In this document: piece by piece, positions 50,211 to 62,214 of the stretch
Layout of the letters: every line of letters starts with the position of its first letter
Position numbering within the stretch: position 1 is the first letter of the stretch
Assembly (NCBI GenBank): GCA_011109175.1
Contig: RDEW01000011.1
Location: 559,061-623,060 of the forward strand
From: Dicyema japonicum
Lineage: Eukaryota > Animalia > Dicyemida
Length of the DNA: 64,000 nt
Direction: 5' to 3'
The notes under the pieces: model-generated
The model's database searches: none
Told to the model about the DNA's origin: nothing
Seen by the model: the letters and a program-made list of their open reading frames with translations, nothing else
Program-made: the position numbers and the translations under genes

Positions 50211-50479
50211 AAGTATAGCAGTCCTGGCTCACTAACTTCCTTTCCGGAAGACTGGGTCAGAAATGTTTTCATTCCCATATAGGGTCCCTCTGAGATGTTC
50301 TCCCACCCTCACTTTTTAACCAATACTCAGTGATATTCCAACGACCCAGAAAACAATCCTCCTATAATACACCGATGACATTATCAATGCATCCAGGGAT
50401 AAAAACATTCGATTGGTCTCCTGTAATGTCGTTACCATTTGACCTTGAACTGCCGATTTTAACATTAATAATAGATTTT

Positions 50480-51390
50480 CTATTAGTTCAAACTGGTAAA
50501 GGAGTAAGACAAGGATGCTTATTATCTCCCATCCTATTCAATATTTATGCCGAAATGATCATGCCTAAATTGGATACTGTATCAAATAACTGGATTAAAA
50601 TTAGAGACAGGAACATCAATAATTTGCGCTATGCTGACGATACAACCTTACTGGCTGAAACAGAGGATGGCCTCAGGGAGTTGATTCTAAGATTCAGAGA
50701 AGAGAGCGCCGTCTTTGGTTTATTGCTAAATGTCAAGAAGATCAAAATTATGACGACTGCTAAAAATGGAATAATGGAACTAAAAATTGGAAATGAGAAA
50801 ATAGAGTTGCGATAATGTTGTTTTTCTGGGATGTCTAATTAATCGGAATGGTGACGTAGGCTTGGGAATCAAGAGGCGACTTGCCATGGGACGCCTTCCT
50901 GAGAATGAATAGAATTTGAAAAAGCAAAGATATGCAGACTGGTTAATGGAATCGTGTTCCCGGTTTTTCAATACGGCGCAGAATCATGGATTCTAAAAAA
51001 GGCGGATAGAAAAAAAATTGATGCTTTTGAACTTTGGTACTGGAGGAGTTTACTAAGAATCCCTTGGACTTCCAAAATAACAAACACCGATGTACTCAAA
51101 CGGGTGGAGACGGACATTTCGCTAGAAGGAAGAATCGTAAAACACAGACTGGCGTTCTTTGGGCATGTTGTCCGCTCTGATTCCCTGGAAAGAACCATTA
51201 TGCTGAGCAATATTACTGGAAAGAGAAGACCTGGTCGACCGAGGACTCGGTGGCTATCCACGGTAGAAAACGTCACGGGAATGCCTATATCAAGGCTACT
51301 CCAAATTGAGACGGATCGGGGAGAGTGGAGAAAATTGGCTCATAAGATCTCCAAAGGTCGGACACGACTTAATTTGGATAAATAAATTTT
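50480..51390 (+). mobile_element. 5'-truncated RTE-clade LINE
   Basis: KGVRQGCLLSPILFNIYAE, NLRYADDTTLLAE, IDAFELWYWRSLLRIPW, GKRRPGRPRTRWL. Confidence 0.9.
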
Positions 51391-51809
51391 GTCAAGGTGG
51401 TAGATTTACAAGTGCAACTAAAAATTGAGATTTATAATTGAAATTAAAACATGATCAAATAGCCTGGTAAATGACTCGGTGATATAGCTCTGATGCACTG
51501 TGACATAGCTCTAGTACACTAAATTTCTTTATCTAGATGGGTATAACCTCTTGCCCCTTCTCTTAATGGACTCTAAAGACATCGGATATGGGAACTCTCG
51601 GAAATATGAATGCGTCGGATGCAGTAATATCTGGGGTTGAATCCTTCATGATCCAAATTGAAAACCCTTTTCGCTACCGCTTATGAAAATGCACATTTTA
51701 ATAAAAAGTTAAGATTAACGATGAATAAAAATATATCATTTAAATTTTATATTTAATATTCAGCGGCTTAAAAATTGTTTCTTGTTGTCGTTATTGTAGT
51801 TTATAACAA

Positions 51810-53120
51810 ATGGGAAAACAAACCAAAAAAAAAGTGAACGACAAAACGAAGATTATTCCTGAGGGAATAAAAGTTACAGATGCATCCTACACCAACTGGA
51901 ACCTCTCAAAGTGCATAGGCAAGGGAGGATTCGGACTAATATACCTAGGTATTTACTAGTATAACCCACAATAGCCAATCTATCCACCAACAAAGACTCA
52001 TCACCTAAATATGTAATAAAGATGGTATATACTCAACTGATCAATAGGAGAACTCAGAGAGTGGCCCTCTCTTCTGCGAGAAGCAGGTCTACATCCGGAC
52101 CCTCAACGAGAAAAAATGTGATTTGATATTAACTATAGTAGTGGACGATTGGCGGATAGAGCGCAATCTTGATTTCCTTGCATTACCTCGCTATATTGGG
52201 TTTGGCACACACGTGTACGGGGACGATAACTTTCGGTTTTTGGTGATGGACAAATTCGGTCCCGACTTGCAGACGAGGATTGACACCATGAGAATACAAA
52301 GACTACCAGCTGGTGAAGTGTACAGAATATCCACCGATATGGTTAGCCGTTCACTCATATAGATTAATGCCCTTGAGTATCTACACGAGCACGAGTACGT
52401 CCATGCAGACATTAAGGCGAGTAACATGTTACTGTCATTGGATAAGCCTGAGAGGGTATGTTCAGTGTTGACTATTAGTATGTCCTGGCTGACTTTGGTC
52501 TGTCGTTTAGGTATATGGCTAATGGATGCCACAAGAAGTATGTCACAAAGCCGAAGAAGGCACATAATGGGACGATTGAATTTACAAGCCAGGATGCTCA
52601 TTTGGGTGCTGGTTGGTTATTCTGTTATTGGAGATCCCTCGAGAAGAGGAGATTTGGAAATTTTGGGGTTCTGTATGGTGAGGTGGTTGTCTGGGGTCCT
52701 TCCGTGGGATAATGTTCTTGGGGTTCCTTCAAGTGTGGCTGAAATGAAGAAGAAGTATTGTTATGTGTATATTGTAAGGAAAATGAAGGATTTGAGTGAT
52801 TTCATGAAGACGTGCTTTACTGATTTGGTTGTGCCTAAGGGGCTTAGGGAGTACTTTGTTGTGGTTGAGGCTTTGCAGTACACTGAAAAGCCAGACTATG
52901 ATAGATTAAAGAATTTATTGAGTGATTCTGGTTTGGTGACTTCTAAGACCTCAAAGGTGCTTGTGTGTAAGTGTTGAAGGCTGTGAAACCTCTTCGGCCG
53001 AGTTCTAAGCGGAAAAGGGTGGAGGAGTTCTTAGGGACGGATAGTGACATTACATGTGAGACGGAGTCGATGAATACGGAGGAATACTTTAAGCAGCATC
53101 CATCTGCTGATATAAGTTGA
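51810..53120 (+). CDS. VRK1: Vaccinia-related kinase (VRK1/ballchen-like)
   Basis: Spliced [16 protein letters not shown]|[61 protein letters not shown]. Introns of 21-26 nt. Stop TGA at 53118-53120. Confidence 0.9.
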
Positions 53121-54069
53121 TTGTTATATATATTTTAGAGAAGGGGAGACGTGTTTATAACAAACTTCCGTATTATATGAAGCGTAATGTTGAAATTCAG
53201 GTTAATACTGAGGCCCTCAAGAACAATAAATGATTATTTTTCCTAGCTATTCGAGTTGTTTTATCTTAATTGTGGATAATAGCCTGTTATTTGAATCGTT
53301 AAAATAGGACCCCCTAAGAATCGCCATGACGAGAGACAGACTCAAGAGTCATCAAAAACTTTCTTCTATCGACCAGTTATTAGTCTTCTATTTATCATTG
53401 GTCAACTTTAATAGATCTGCTCCAAATCTAATGAAGTATTCTCCAGGTATCTTCAAACTTTTCATGTTTGCTATTCCGGCGACCCTGGCGTTTTCCGGAA
53501 GTTTCTCCATGTGTTTTACAGATAAATTGTTTTTATGAATTGTTCCACCCGTAACACTAGATATTTATTCTCCAGGGAATTTCTGGCTCTCACTATTAAT
53601 GCTTTTCTGAGTAGCTTTGATCTCATGGTATCACTCTGAGAGATGGATAGACTAACGAAGCACATAAAAATGCATGACTCGGTGTATTGCTTGTAGATAG
53701 TTTCCAGGATATGGAGATTTTTGATGTTTCATAGTCTGAGAGACTTCAGTATATTGATTTTCTTGCGTCAGCAAAAAATAGTGAGTCAGATACCTTGACG
53801 TCATCAACATATAGGAGGAAAGCTGTCATCAAGAACCAACCGAGAGTGCTGACTACTCCCGCAAATCTCCTAGGGAAATATAAATACAGTAAATACTCGA
53901 AAATTGGTCATTTTGGCTCCTTTGAATTTTGAGGCTAATTTGAAAAAATCAATATTTCTAAAAACAATGATCAAAGAATATTTATAAAAATGCTTTAAAT
54001 GAACAAAAAGCAATTAATGAAGGAATTAAACGATTTTGAGAATCATAACTAATTAGAGTAGCTGCTTAA

Positions 54070-54860
54070 CGGCCCTTTCTTCTCTTGGGCCCAGCTTGCA
54101 CTATCCAGATGGCTGGGTCCTAGACGACATGCTTTTTTAATTCAGAGACCTCTCTTGTTTGAAATTCCTCAGTCTTTTTTAATAGACACCAATACGCAGT
54201 ATGAGTGTCTACACTTTCACTTTCTCCACGTTGAAACCTCCAGACGACCTTTAAAGAATCTTGAGACAATTCCGTCCCAAAGCATGACAACTATTTTCAC
54301 CTCCGTGTTTTGAATTATCTCAAGTTCTTTGACCAGCAGGTCATACTTGTAGAGCTTGTCCGCTTCAACTTGCTTGAGGCAACTTTGCCAACCTCTATAA
54401 GCGTGATTATATCCTTCTTCTTGTCATGAACGAAAATGTAGACTTGTAGTTTGCTATAGCCATATCCGTAGTGATTGTAGTGTCTACTCGAATCGCTGCA
54501 AAATCGTTTGCGTCAACAGAGTGGAGTGAGTTTTCGGTTTATTGGGGTTTCTTATCCCATACTGCAGCATATGTGTAAATGTAAACATTCTAGGGTTTTA
54601 TTACGGCGACTGGATCAAAATGAACTATCCGTGTAAACATTTGACCTCTTCATTATGCCGCTTGTGATACGAACTAATCAGCATTCTTCCCCACCTAGTA
54701 GCAAAGTGATCGACAGTCTTCTTTCCTGAACTGCTGTTGTTATCTTTATGCCCAAGAACATTACTGTCGTTATCTTCAAGAATTCCCTAATATCGATATT
54801 CATTCCAGTCCATCGAAGAAACGAGTTTTCATAGACAAAAACATTGTATTTCTCGCAGAC
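54070..54860 (-). mobile_element. RLE-type non-LTR retrotransposon 3' fragment (same family as 459-2620)
   Basis: Minus strand KKTVDHFATRWGRML..HKRHNEEVKCLH, then an endonuclease region with ITLIEVG and KYDLLVKEL. Confidence 0.75.
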
Positions 54861-55149
54861 TTGTCAAAATTTCTCTCCAACCCAGCTCCATCGAAGAACG
54901 GTTAACTTTTATCATCCTTTCCACAAAATTTCTCTCCAACCCAGCTCCATAGCATTATTTTCTTTATATATATGAGAAAACAGCTTTATATCGTCCATAA
55001 AAGATGGTTCTTGTTCACTATTTTCTAGAGAATTCTCATTTTTTTCATTCTGTGTATTCATTTTTCAAAAAAATTTTAAACTTTTAAAAGATCGAAAATT
55101 TCTGTTTTTCCGATTGTCGTATCATTAATTTCAATTTACTGATTTTCGT

Positions 55150-55520
55150 CGTTAGTTATTTAAAACTGAAACATTTCCTTATTGTCCCGTCGGATAAGTC
55201 TCCCCAAACAATTTTACACAAAGACCGTATCTTCTAAAGTTAATTTGTAGACCGAAATATTATGAGTTCACAATAAGTCTGTCAAACAAAGTAGCAGAGT
55301 CTTAAAAGTTATAATAACGTCAATATCGACAGATGTTCGAATTTCTCTGAGTAATTGAGCATTCTAAATCCGTGTCTCTGAATTTATCCTGAATTTTTGA
55401 AATCAGAGTTGTAACTCCTTGGTGAATATTAAAGCATCATTAAGAAAACCGGACTGATTTTTCGATAAGACACCTTTAGACTCTACTATCTCTATCATCT
55501 ACCAACTTCTCTTAAAGTAT
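55150..55520 (-). mobile_element. Old LINE RT remnant
   Basis: IVESKGVLSKNQSGF-like motif only. Confidence 0.35.
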
Positions 55521-55679
55521 GGGAAATTTTGGTTTATGTGCATTTTAAAATACGGCTATTTTAGAATCTTTTTGGTTTTCTTGAATAATTATTCGAAACA
55601 GTGCGAGAATCTTTCAGCTAAGTGTTGCTATGAAATAGCATTATTTTCTTTATGATTTGTAAAATGTGCGGTGAACGAA

Positions 55680-55900
55680 AATGTAGATGTTGCGTCAATC
55701 CCTATGGTTATCACCCACTGTCATGCAAGTTGAGTGAGGGCTGTTTCCCACGGCATGACTGTCTCAACTGTTTTTTGGAACCCAATAGTCTCTTTCGGAG
55801 CGATGGCAAATGTCCTGACGGATGACGACCTTCCCATTCGCTAATGGTCGGAACGTGGTTAGGGGCGCTATGTGTGTTGACACATACTATCCGAAAAATT
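55680..55900 (+). mobile_element. CRE-like RLE fragment
   Basis: PYGYHPLSCKLSEGCFPRHDCLN..RSDGKCPDG. Confidence 0.65.
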
Positions 55901-58564
55901 TGGTATTAGTTAGTTAAGTAACCGCAGCCTCACTAACTTGTAGGAGGCCAGCAACTAATAAGTAGGACCCAGAATTTGGTTTGGTAAAAATGTGCCATGC
56001 TTCTAAGCAGCCGAATTAATTTAATTTATAACCCTGAAAAGGGAACACCAAGAAAAAATGAGTAAACCAACTAACTAAGTGATCCCAGTACACCTCATAA
56101 GAATCGAGAGGTTTTTCTTGTGTTCCTCCAGAGTACCCCACGGCTTACCTGTATCGACGACGATCATCTTTCATTATGATTTGAAGAGGGGTAGATTTTT
56201 TCCCCAATTTACGTGTATTTGAGGCTTCTAGTCTTGAATGGGAGAAACGACTTTTGTAATGACCACACAGACCGATGAAGCCGGAGCCGTTTGAGGCGTG
56301 GTCAAGCATTGGGGCGAAAAGATCGGCAGGTAGATTTGTTAGACGTGCAAGTTTGCCTGTTAGGGAATTGATCTTGTATAGATTGGATATTGAAACTCAC
56401 ATAAGCCATCATAAAGCACATCATACTCTACCGTCGGTTTTAAAAGTTGAAGTGCATAAGAATTTCGATGAATCATTTAATTTAATTATTAAAAAATTGA
56501 TTTTTATCGAGAAAAAGTATAGTATTAAAAATTATTTAAATAAATAATAGAACGTGTGGTTTAGTGGTCTTGGTGTCAGGTAAATTAAAATAGTTTGAAG
56601 TATTGTTGGCCAAATGATTATAATCGATGACTGATTGTATGATTAATCTGGGAATCTCAATGAGGCCAATTGATTATTTTGACTTGTGATAAATTGTACT
56701 GATTCTGTGAAAGTCGTTAATTACTATGTAATTCATCATCTGGTAACCTCCGTTGTCATACGATGCCCGGCAACTGCAGGCTTTTGACTTCCTGAGTTGG
56801 GTATCAACCCATGCCATTCTTTGGTTAGGTATCTCGGTTCTATAGCCAATCTTCTTGAGCCGCGTGGCTCTATGTGGTGCTGTTCCTCCTTTCTCTTCCT
56901 ATTAGAATAGCGTCATGTGATCCGCCTGTTTAGATGGCGCCCAGTGCCAGGCCGGCACGAAAAAGGATCATTTGCTCTCCCCTACTCCACTGGAGGGGCT
57001 TCCACAACTGCATATAATGGACGTCTTACCTTTTATGCTGATTTCTTATGGACTCTGTTTCTGTAGAAGTGGAAACTGGATACACTTAATTAGTTGTTTA
57101 CTTTAACTTCTTTCTCGGTGTATCGGGGGGAATTAAATAATAGTCAATCTTGTGCGTGATTAATACTATTTTATCTTAAACCATTAAGAAATGACAGATC
57201 TGCAAGCAAGATATGGGCAAAGCACCATGTGATCACAAACTCTTTGGCTCTGATATTAGGATGGGGTTATTTGTGATCTTTAAACTTTCACAAGTTACTC
57301 ATCGGTATATTACTCGGCAATTCGATAAGCGTAATTAAATGCAAGCTCTCGGGGACACTTCCTGTGACCATATGGTCGATGAAGTATCATGGAGTAAGAA
57401 GGGGTTCTTATTTGAAGCTGGGATCGCCTAATAGTTAATGTTTATCCCTTTCTACTTTGTGTTACTTATTGATATAAGTTACCGGGATCATGTAACGAGG
57501 CTCAACACCTTCCTCTACGTGTTCTTGGGTATCTCTGATACTGTCCTTAATTGATTAATGTAAGTAACAATTCATGCTTAATCCTGTTTATGTAACAATC
57601 CAATACAAACCCCTTCCGAAAGTCAACCATTCCTCTCCTGTGTCATTAACTGACATGAGCTCCAATCATGGAGGACTATTGAGGATTACCACAAATGTAC
57701 TTATTACAATGTCTCGTAGTAGTGATTAGCCAGCCATGTGGTGCTAGCTAATATGGTAAATTAATTATTGATTAATATGAAAGTGTCGTGGTTTAATAGA
57801 ATTAATTTAGGATGGAGTTAATTGACAGGTTAGGATGGTTTTTGAGAGAACCATTATGTCTAGACTTAATTACTATAAAAATATTGCATTTCATTCGGTC
57901 ATCCTTAAGAAGACTCCAAAGGGGGTTAAGACCCCCTCCCGCAGAGAGGATTGGTGCTTTATAAAGTCTGTTCTAAGTCATTTTAAAGAAACCTCGTTAA
58001 ACCATTGGTTATTTGGCGGAAGCTACCACGTAGGTCCCGATCGATAGTTTACACTTGGAATAATTAAAATATAGCACGTGTGGCTGATTTATTACTATCA
58101 TTAATAGGTATTTGCACTTAACGTTAAAAATTAATCTTTTAGGCGTATTAAAGACCACCTGTGTCGACTCCATATACTAGCATCAGCGGGAGCACGGCAA
58201 AGGCTCAATCCACCACGAAAAGTGGGGGAGGCTAAATGTAAGAAATACCGGTTCACATTCTGCGGGATTACTGTCAACTGGAACGATAAGTCGCAAGCCT
58301 TCCCTCAATAACCTGGAACTTCTGGCGGCACTCAGAAGCCAGTAGTTCTCCTAGTTGATCTTCGAAAGCTGTCGTGAATGACAACTGGAATTATAACGGG
58401 GGGGGGGGGGTAAATTATAACTCGATGTCATTTATCCCTCAGGCGTTTCATAGAAAGTCTAATAAAGCTTCATTAATTAAGGCGTTCTTCACTTAAGGCA
58501 TCAATAATAGAACGAATATATAACAATGACAGCACATTAAAGTAGCGATACGTAGTTTCTTTGG

Positions 58565-59632
58565 ATGCAGTGTCACATACTGCTTGTTTTTTTTATTCCA
58601 AGCATATGTAAGTTCCTATATTTATGTGAAATTAGACTCTCCTCGTACGACTGAAATCTTTGTCGAACAAATGGGGCACACGATCCTTCCGTGTTTCGGA
58701 GGTCGAGACGACAAAGTTAGAGTGATTACGAATTTCAGTTATCCTACTGGATCAAGGACAAAACAAATATAATTTCTCATCGAACATATACGATCGATCC
58801 GATTTTCGAGATAAATCCAAACAATTATTCATTAAAAATAACAAGATTCTCTAATTATCAGCAGGGACTGTACGAATGCAAGGACTCTTCGTACAGAGTC
58901 ATATTGGGGGGTTGGTACATCTGGGAATTTTAATGCAGAAAAACCAGTATTGAGTGTTGACTCTCCCCGTGTGGCTATAGAAGGATCGGAGATAAAACTG
59001 ACGTGTCGAATCTTGAAGGGGACTCCCCCACCTCACATCACGTGGGTGAGAATCATTGGGAATCGAAGCCAAATCGTATGCAAAGTAAATTATTTGCATT
59101 TAAATGGAACTGTTCGACCATTAAAGTGAATGGAACAACTGAGAGGGACGGGAGCTACGTGTGTCTGGGATCAAACTCAGTTGGGGAAGTCAAAAAGATC
59201 CCTTCTTATAAGTTGTTGAGTAATAATGTGATTTTTATTCCACAATAGCCACAAATCTCGGAATATTCACTCCTGGTCCTCCCAAAATCTTTTACTGTAG
59301 TGCCGCCTACGACGAGTCAGTCACATTTGTCAAATTCCTATGGTTAATTGACCACGTGCCTGTTAGAAAGGTGCATAAAAAGTATGAAGGAATATTATCA
59401 AAATAGCATCAAAATTAGTCTGAAAGTCCGCTCTAATGACGTGACCTCATTTATGGAGTTAATTGGAGGGGATTCCTCGCAAATTGACTGTTCTGTGAAA
59501 TTTGAAGTCAAAGATTCCACCTTCTATGTGAAAAAGACCTTTAAAATTAAAAACATAAAAATTATGCCACTGAGGAACCAAGAAAGTGTCAAACTGTTTA
59601 TTTATTGGCTGACAATTTATTTTATTATTTAA
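58565..59632 (+). CDS. Three-Ig-domain cell-surface protein with signal peptide and hydrophobic C-terminus (IgLON/lachesin-like architecture)
   Basis: Spliced MQCHILLVFFIPSIY; Ig1 LPC..YW..YSLKI..QGLYEC; Ig2 LTC..PPPHITW..DGSYVCLGSNSVG; Ig3 FYCSA..FLWL..IDCSV; ends LFIYWLTIYFII*. One required intron appears to end in GG. Confidence 0.72.
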
Positions 59633-59941
59633 TTCTAAAATCACACATTTTTCATGTTAGACAACTTGAATTGTCTGTTGTTGTTAGAAAAGTACACTAT
59701 TTTAGAGTGTATACTAAGGTACTTGTCCTTTATGGAGATTAGTCCAGGATTCCAAGGCGATCCGTAGGAAGAAGCCAGACATGGACATCGGGGTCACTTA
59801 ATGGACGATAACTTTTATCCTCATACGGTTCCTGGGGTTAGTATATTAAATTAGTAAAAGTGAGAAGATATCTTTTCCTTTATGAATACTAAACTAGGAT
59901 TACGGGGGACACCGGAATCACTTAGACGATAACCTCTAGTT

Positions 59942-60895
59942 CAGAGCTTTTCAAAAAATAATTCTCGCGGCACACTAATCGTAAAAAAAATAATCCACGG
60001 CACACATTAAAATTAAAAAATTAATTTTTTAAGATGTGTAAAACTAAGTACAAAAATTGGTAATTTAATGCCAAAATTTTTATTAATAAAAAAATGAATT
60101 CTTAATTATTATTGTTTTTGCATATATCATCAATATCAGGTCGAATGGTTAACAAAGGCACTCGCATTTCAGCACAAATCCGACGAAAAACAGTGTTATC
60201 TGACAAAGGTATCTTCATTATTTTTTGTTCATATTTATGACCAAACATAGTCCGAGCAATAATACGACAAGCAGGGATTATCAAGTTTTCGCCAATATTG
60301 TGAGGTTTTAGTTGTTTTGCTATCACTTCTGAGATCAGGTATGAACATTTCAATGATTCCTTTGTGTTTAAAAAAGTTTCACTGAACATCATTTGACTAG
60401 ATCTACGATTCATAGTAAAAACCAAATAATACTTAAGTTGTTTTTTTCAAATGGATAAAATAATCCACAGATCTTTCGGAATAGTCCGGATGCTTGGAAG
60501 TAAAATGTCTCTTTAGTTTGCTAGGAACCATAGCATCACTTGCCAAAAATCCATGCAAATTAGACATTGAGGTAGTTTATTTTTTATCTTTGCATATACA
60601 TCCAAATGACAAATAAGAATCTTTATAAGAACGACGAACTGATTTACCCATAAGCACGTTGATGCGCACGTTATTAAAAAATTAATAAATAATGGTTAAC
60701 CAATGTAAATGTCATTTAATGTATAAAAAAATGATTATTTTAATTTTAGTAATTATTTTAATTCGTTTATCTTTTTAAATTAATTAGGTCAAAAATGTAT
60801 ATAAATTTATTCAAATTTGTATTTGGCAGGCGGCACACTAGAAATTGTCTTGCGGCACACTTAGTGTGCCGCGGCACACCGTTTGACAACCTCTG
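59942..60895 (-). mobile_element. Non-autonomous hAT element
   Basis: TIRs CAGAGCTTTTCAAA and TTTGACAACCTCTG, 8-bp TSD CTCTAGTT (59934-59941, 60896-60903). Remnant KCSYLISEVIAKQLKPHNIGENLIIPA..PLSDNTV. Confidence 0.92.
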
Positions 60896-61429
60896 CTCTA
60901 GTTGTTTTCGGAGTTTATAGGTCAGGTTAATAGGGGGAGTCAGAAGAGGACCGAATTATGTATTCAAAGTCCAATGGTGAATAAGTCAATATTCGTACAG
61001 TTAGATTTGTGGATAATATCTTTTATTTAAGCATATTGACTATTTCTATACAATTAAATCTTGGTTTATAACGATTATGACATAGTTACCTCACTATCTT
61101 GAGAGTGAACATGACCTCAGTGAATATACCCATAGAAGGATAGTTTGTTTGTCAAGAAAACTGTTTTAAGTGGAAAACCAAGCTTGAATTGCCAGTTGGG
61201 ACACCTGGACTATAACAATCGACGAGTGTGGAAGAGACTGACATTTGACATTGCATCTTGTGGTGCACGTGCGATTACTGATAGCTCTATAAAAAGAGCG
61301 TGCTAAGGAGGATTAAGTCCTCTCAAGAAGAGTTGGTCAATGAGCCCAACACGGAAGCTAAAAATTTGGAAACCTGATAACAATGAGAACCTAAAGTAAA
61401 ACCAACCTAATTATCACATGATACCGATG

Positions 61430-61650
61430 TATTCTAACAGTGACCTCATCTTTCCCTAGTGTTCTTTCCTCGTCCAGCGCATGAATGTACAAAACGGCTG
61501 ACTGATTTTTCGGGACCACATTCACGTAATCTGGAGTCTACTCTCATAAGAGCTTCCAGAGGCGTCTTCACAAATCCAACGCTCCGTTACTCCGAAAGCC
61601 GTCTTTTGCATTTCCTCGATCTACCTCATGTCCTCATGATCAAGGAATTT
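61430..61650 (-). mobile_element. LINE 3' fragment (third copy of the 39700/40310 family)
   Basis: Reverse complement matches GAGGAAATG.AAAAGA..GTAACGGAGCGTTG.ATTTGTGAAG..CGCCTCTGGA. Confidence 0.6.
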
Positions 61651-61994
61651 GTTAGTTAGATTTTACCTTTGGTCTTGGGAACAATTTTATTTATAACTTC
61701 GTAAAATTAATTTATCAAAAATGATCCCCGCCACATAATCGACGTTACGTTGCCTCTACGATTGCAACAGAGATCAACTGAAGAAGCCACCGAGCCTCAC
61801 GTATGTCGTGGCTTTTTAGTGTAGCTAGACGTACCGGTTTTTTAGGAAACGAAGCGATTTCCCGCTCATTCCTACTATTGTCTCAAGTACGATAAGGCAG
61901 AACGTGAAAAAATCGTGTAATTTTTTCTCCTTTGTTTTCATTATTTTTTTCCGCGGTATACAGTGTGTCTACCGCGCTCCAGATAATGTTGGAT

Positions 61995-62100
61995 GAGCAA
62001 GGGGTTCCCAACCTTTACAGCAAATGGACCAGCACAATGATCCAGAGCAAGGGTTCGCAACCTTTTACAGCAAATGGACCACTTTCTAAAAATTCCATGA
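61995..62100 (+). repeat. Duplicated hAT-TIR-like unit
   Basis: GAGCAAGGG(G)TTC(C/G)CAACCTTT(T)ACAGCAAATGGACCA occurs twice. Confidence 0.45.
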
Positions 62101-62214
62101 ACCACTTCTTATCATACTTAAGGTTAAATCAATTTTTTTAAAGATTTTTTATGGTTTTATTATCAAATGAATAAAAATTAAATTAAGGCATCTGAATGGC
62201 CATGCTATTTCCCT

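Noticed and set aside
56268-56345. Hammerhead-like CCGATGAAGCC...GGCGAAA
   Set aside because: Stem I cannot form and the cleavage-site triplet is not NUH.
58395-58411. Poly-G run as a G-quadruplex or regulatory site
   Set aside because: A single homopolymer with no context; may be a sequencing artefact.
59104-59138. 26-nt segment flanked by AATGGAAC direct repeats as a DNA-excised (IES-like) element
   Set aside because: It would also restore the frame, but a 23-nt intron with a consensus donor explains the shift more simply and keeps the Ig strand. A chance 8-mer repeat is plausible.
3289-59632. Alternative genetic code (stop-codon reassignment)
   Set aside because: In-frame stops in host genes disappear when tiny introns are removed, and genes end in TAA or TGA at the expected positions.
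61778-61815. Penelope-type hammerhead CTGAAGAAGCCAC...GTGGCT
   Set aside because: The stem is present but the essential GAAA is missing, and no Penelope RT or GIY-YIG sequence was recognised nearby.
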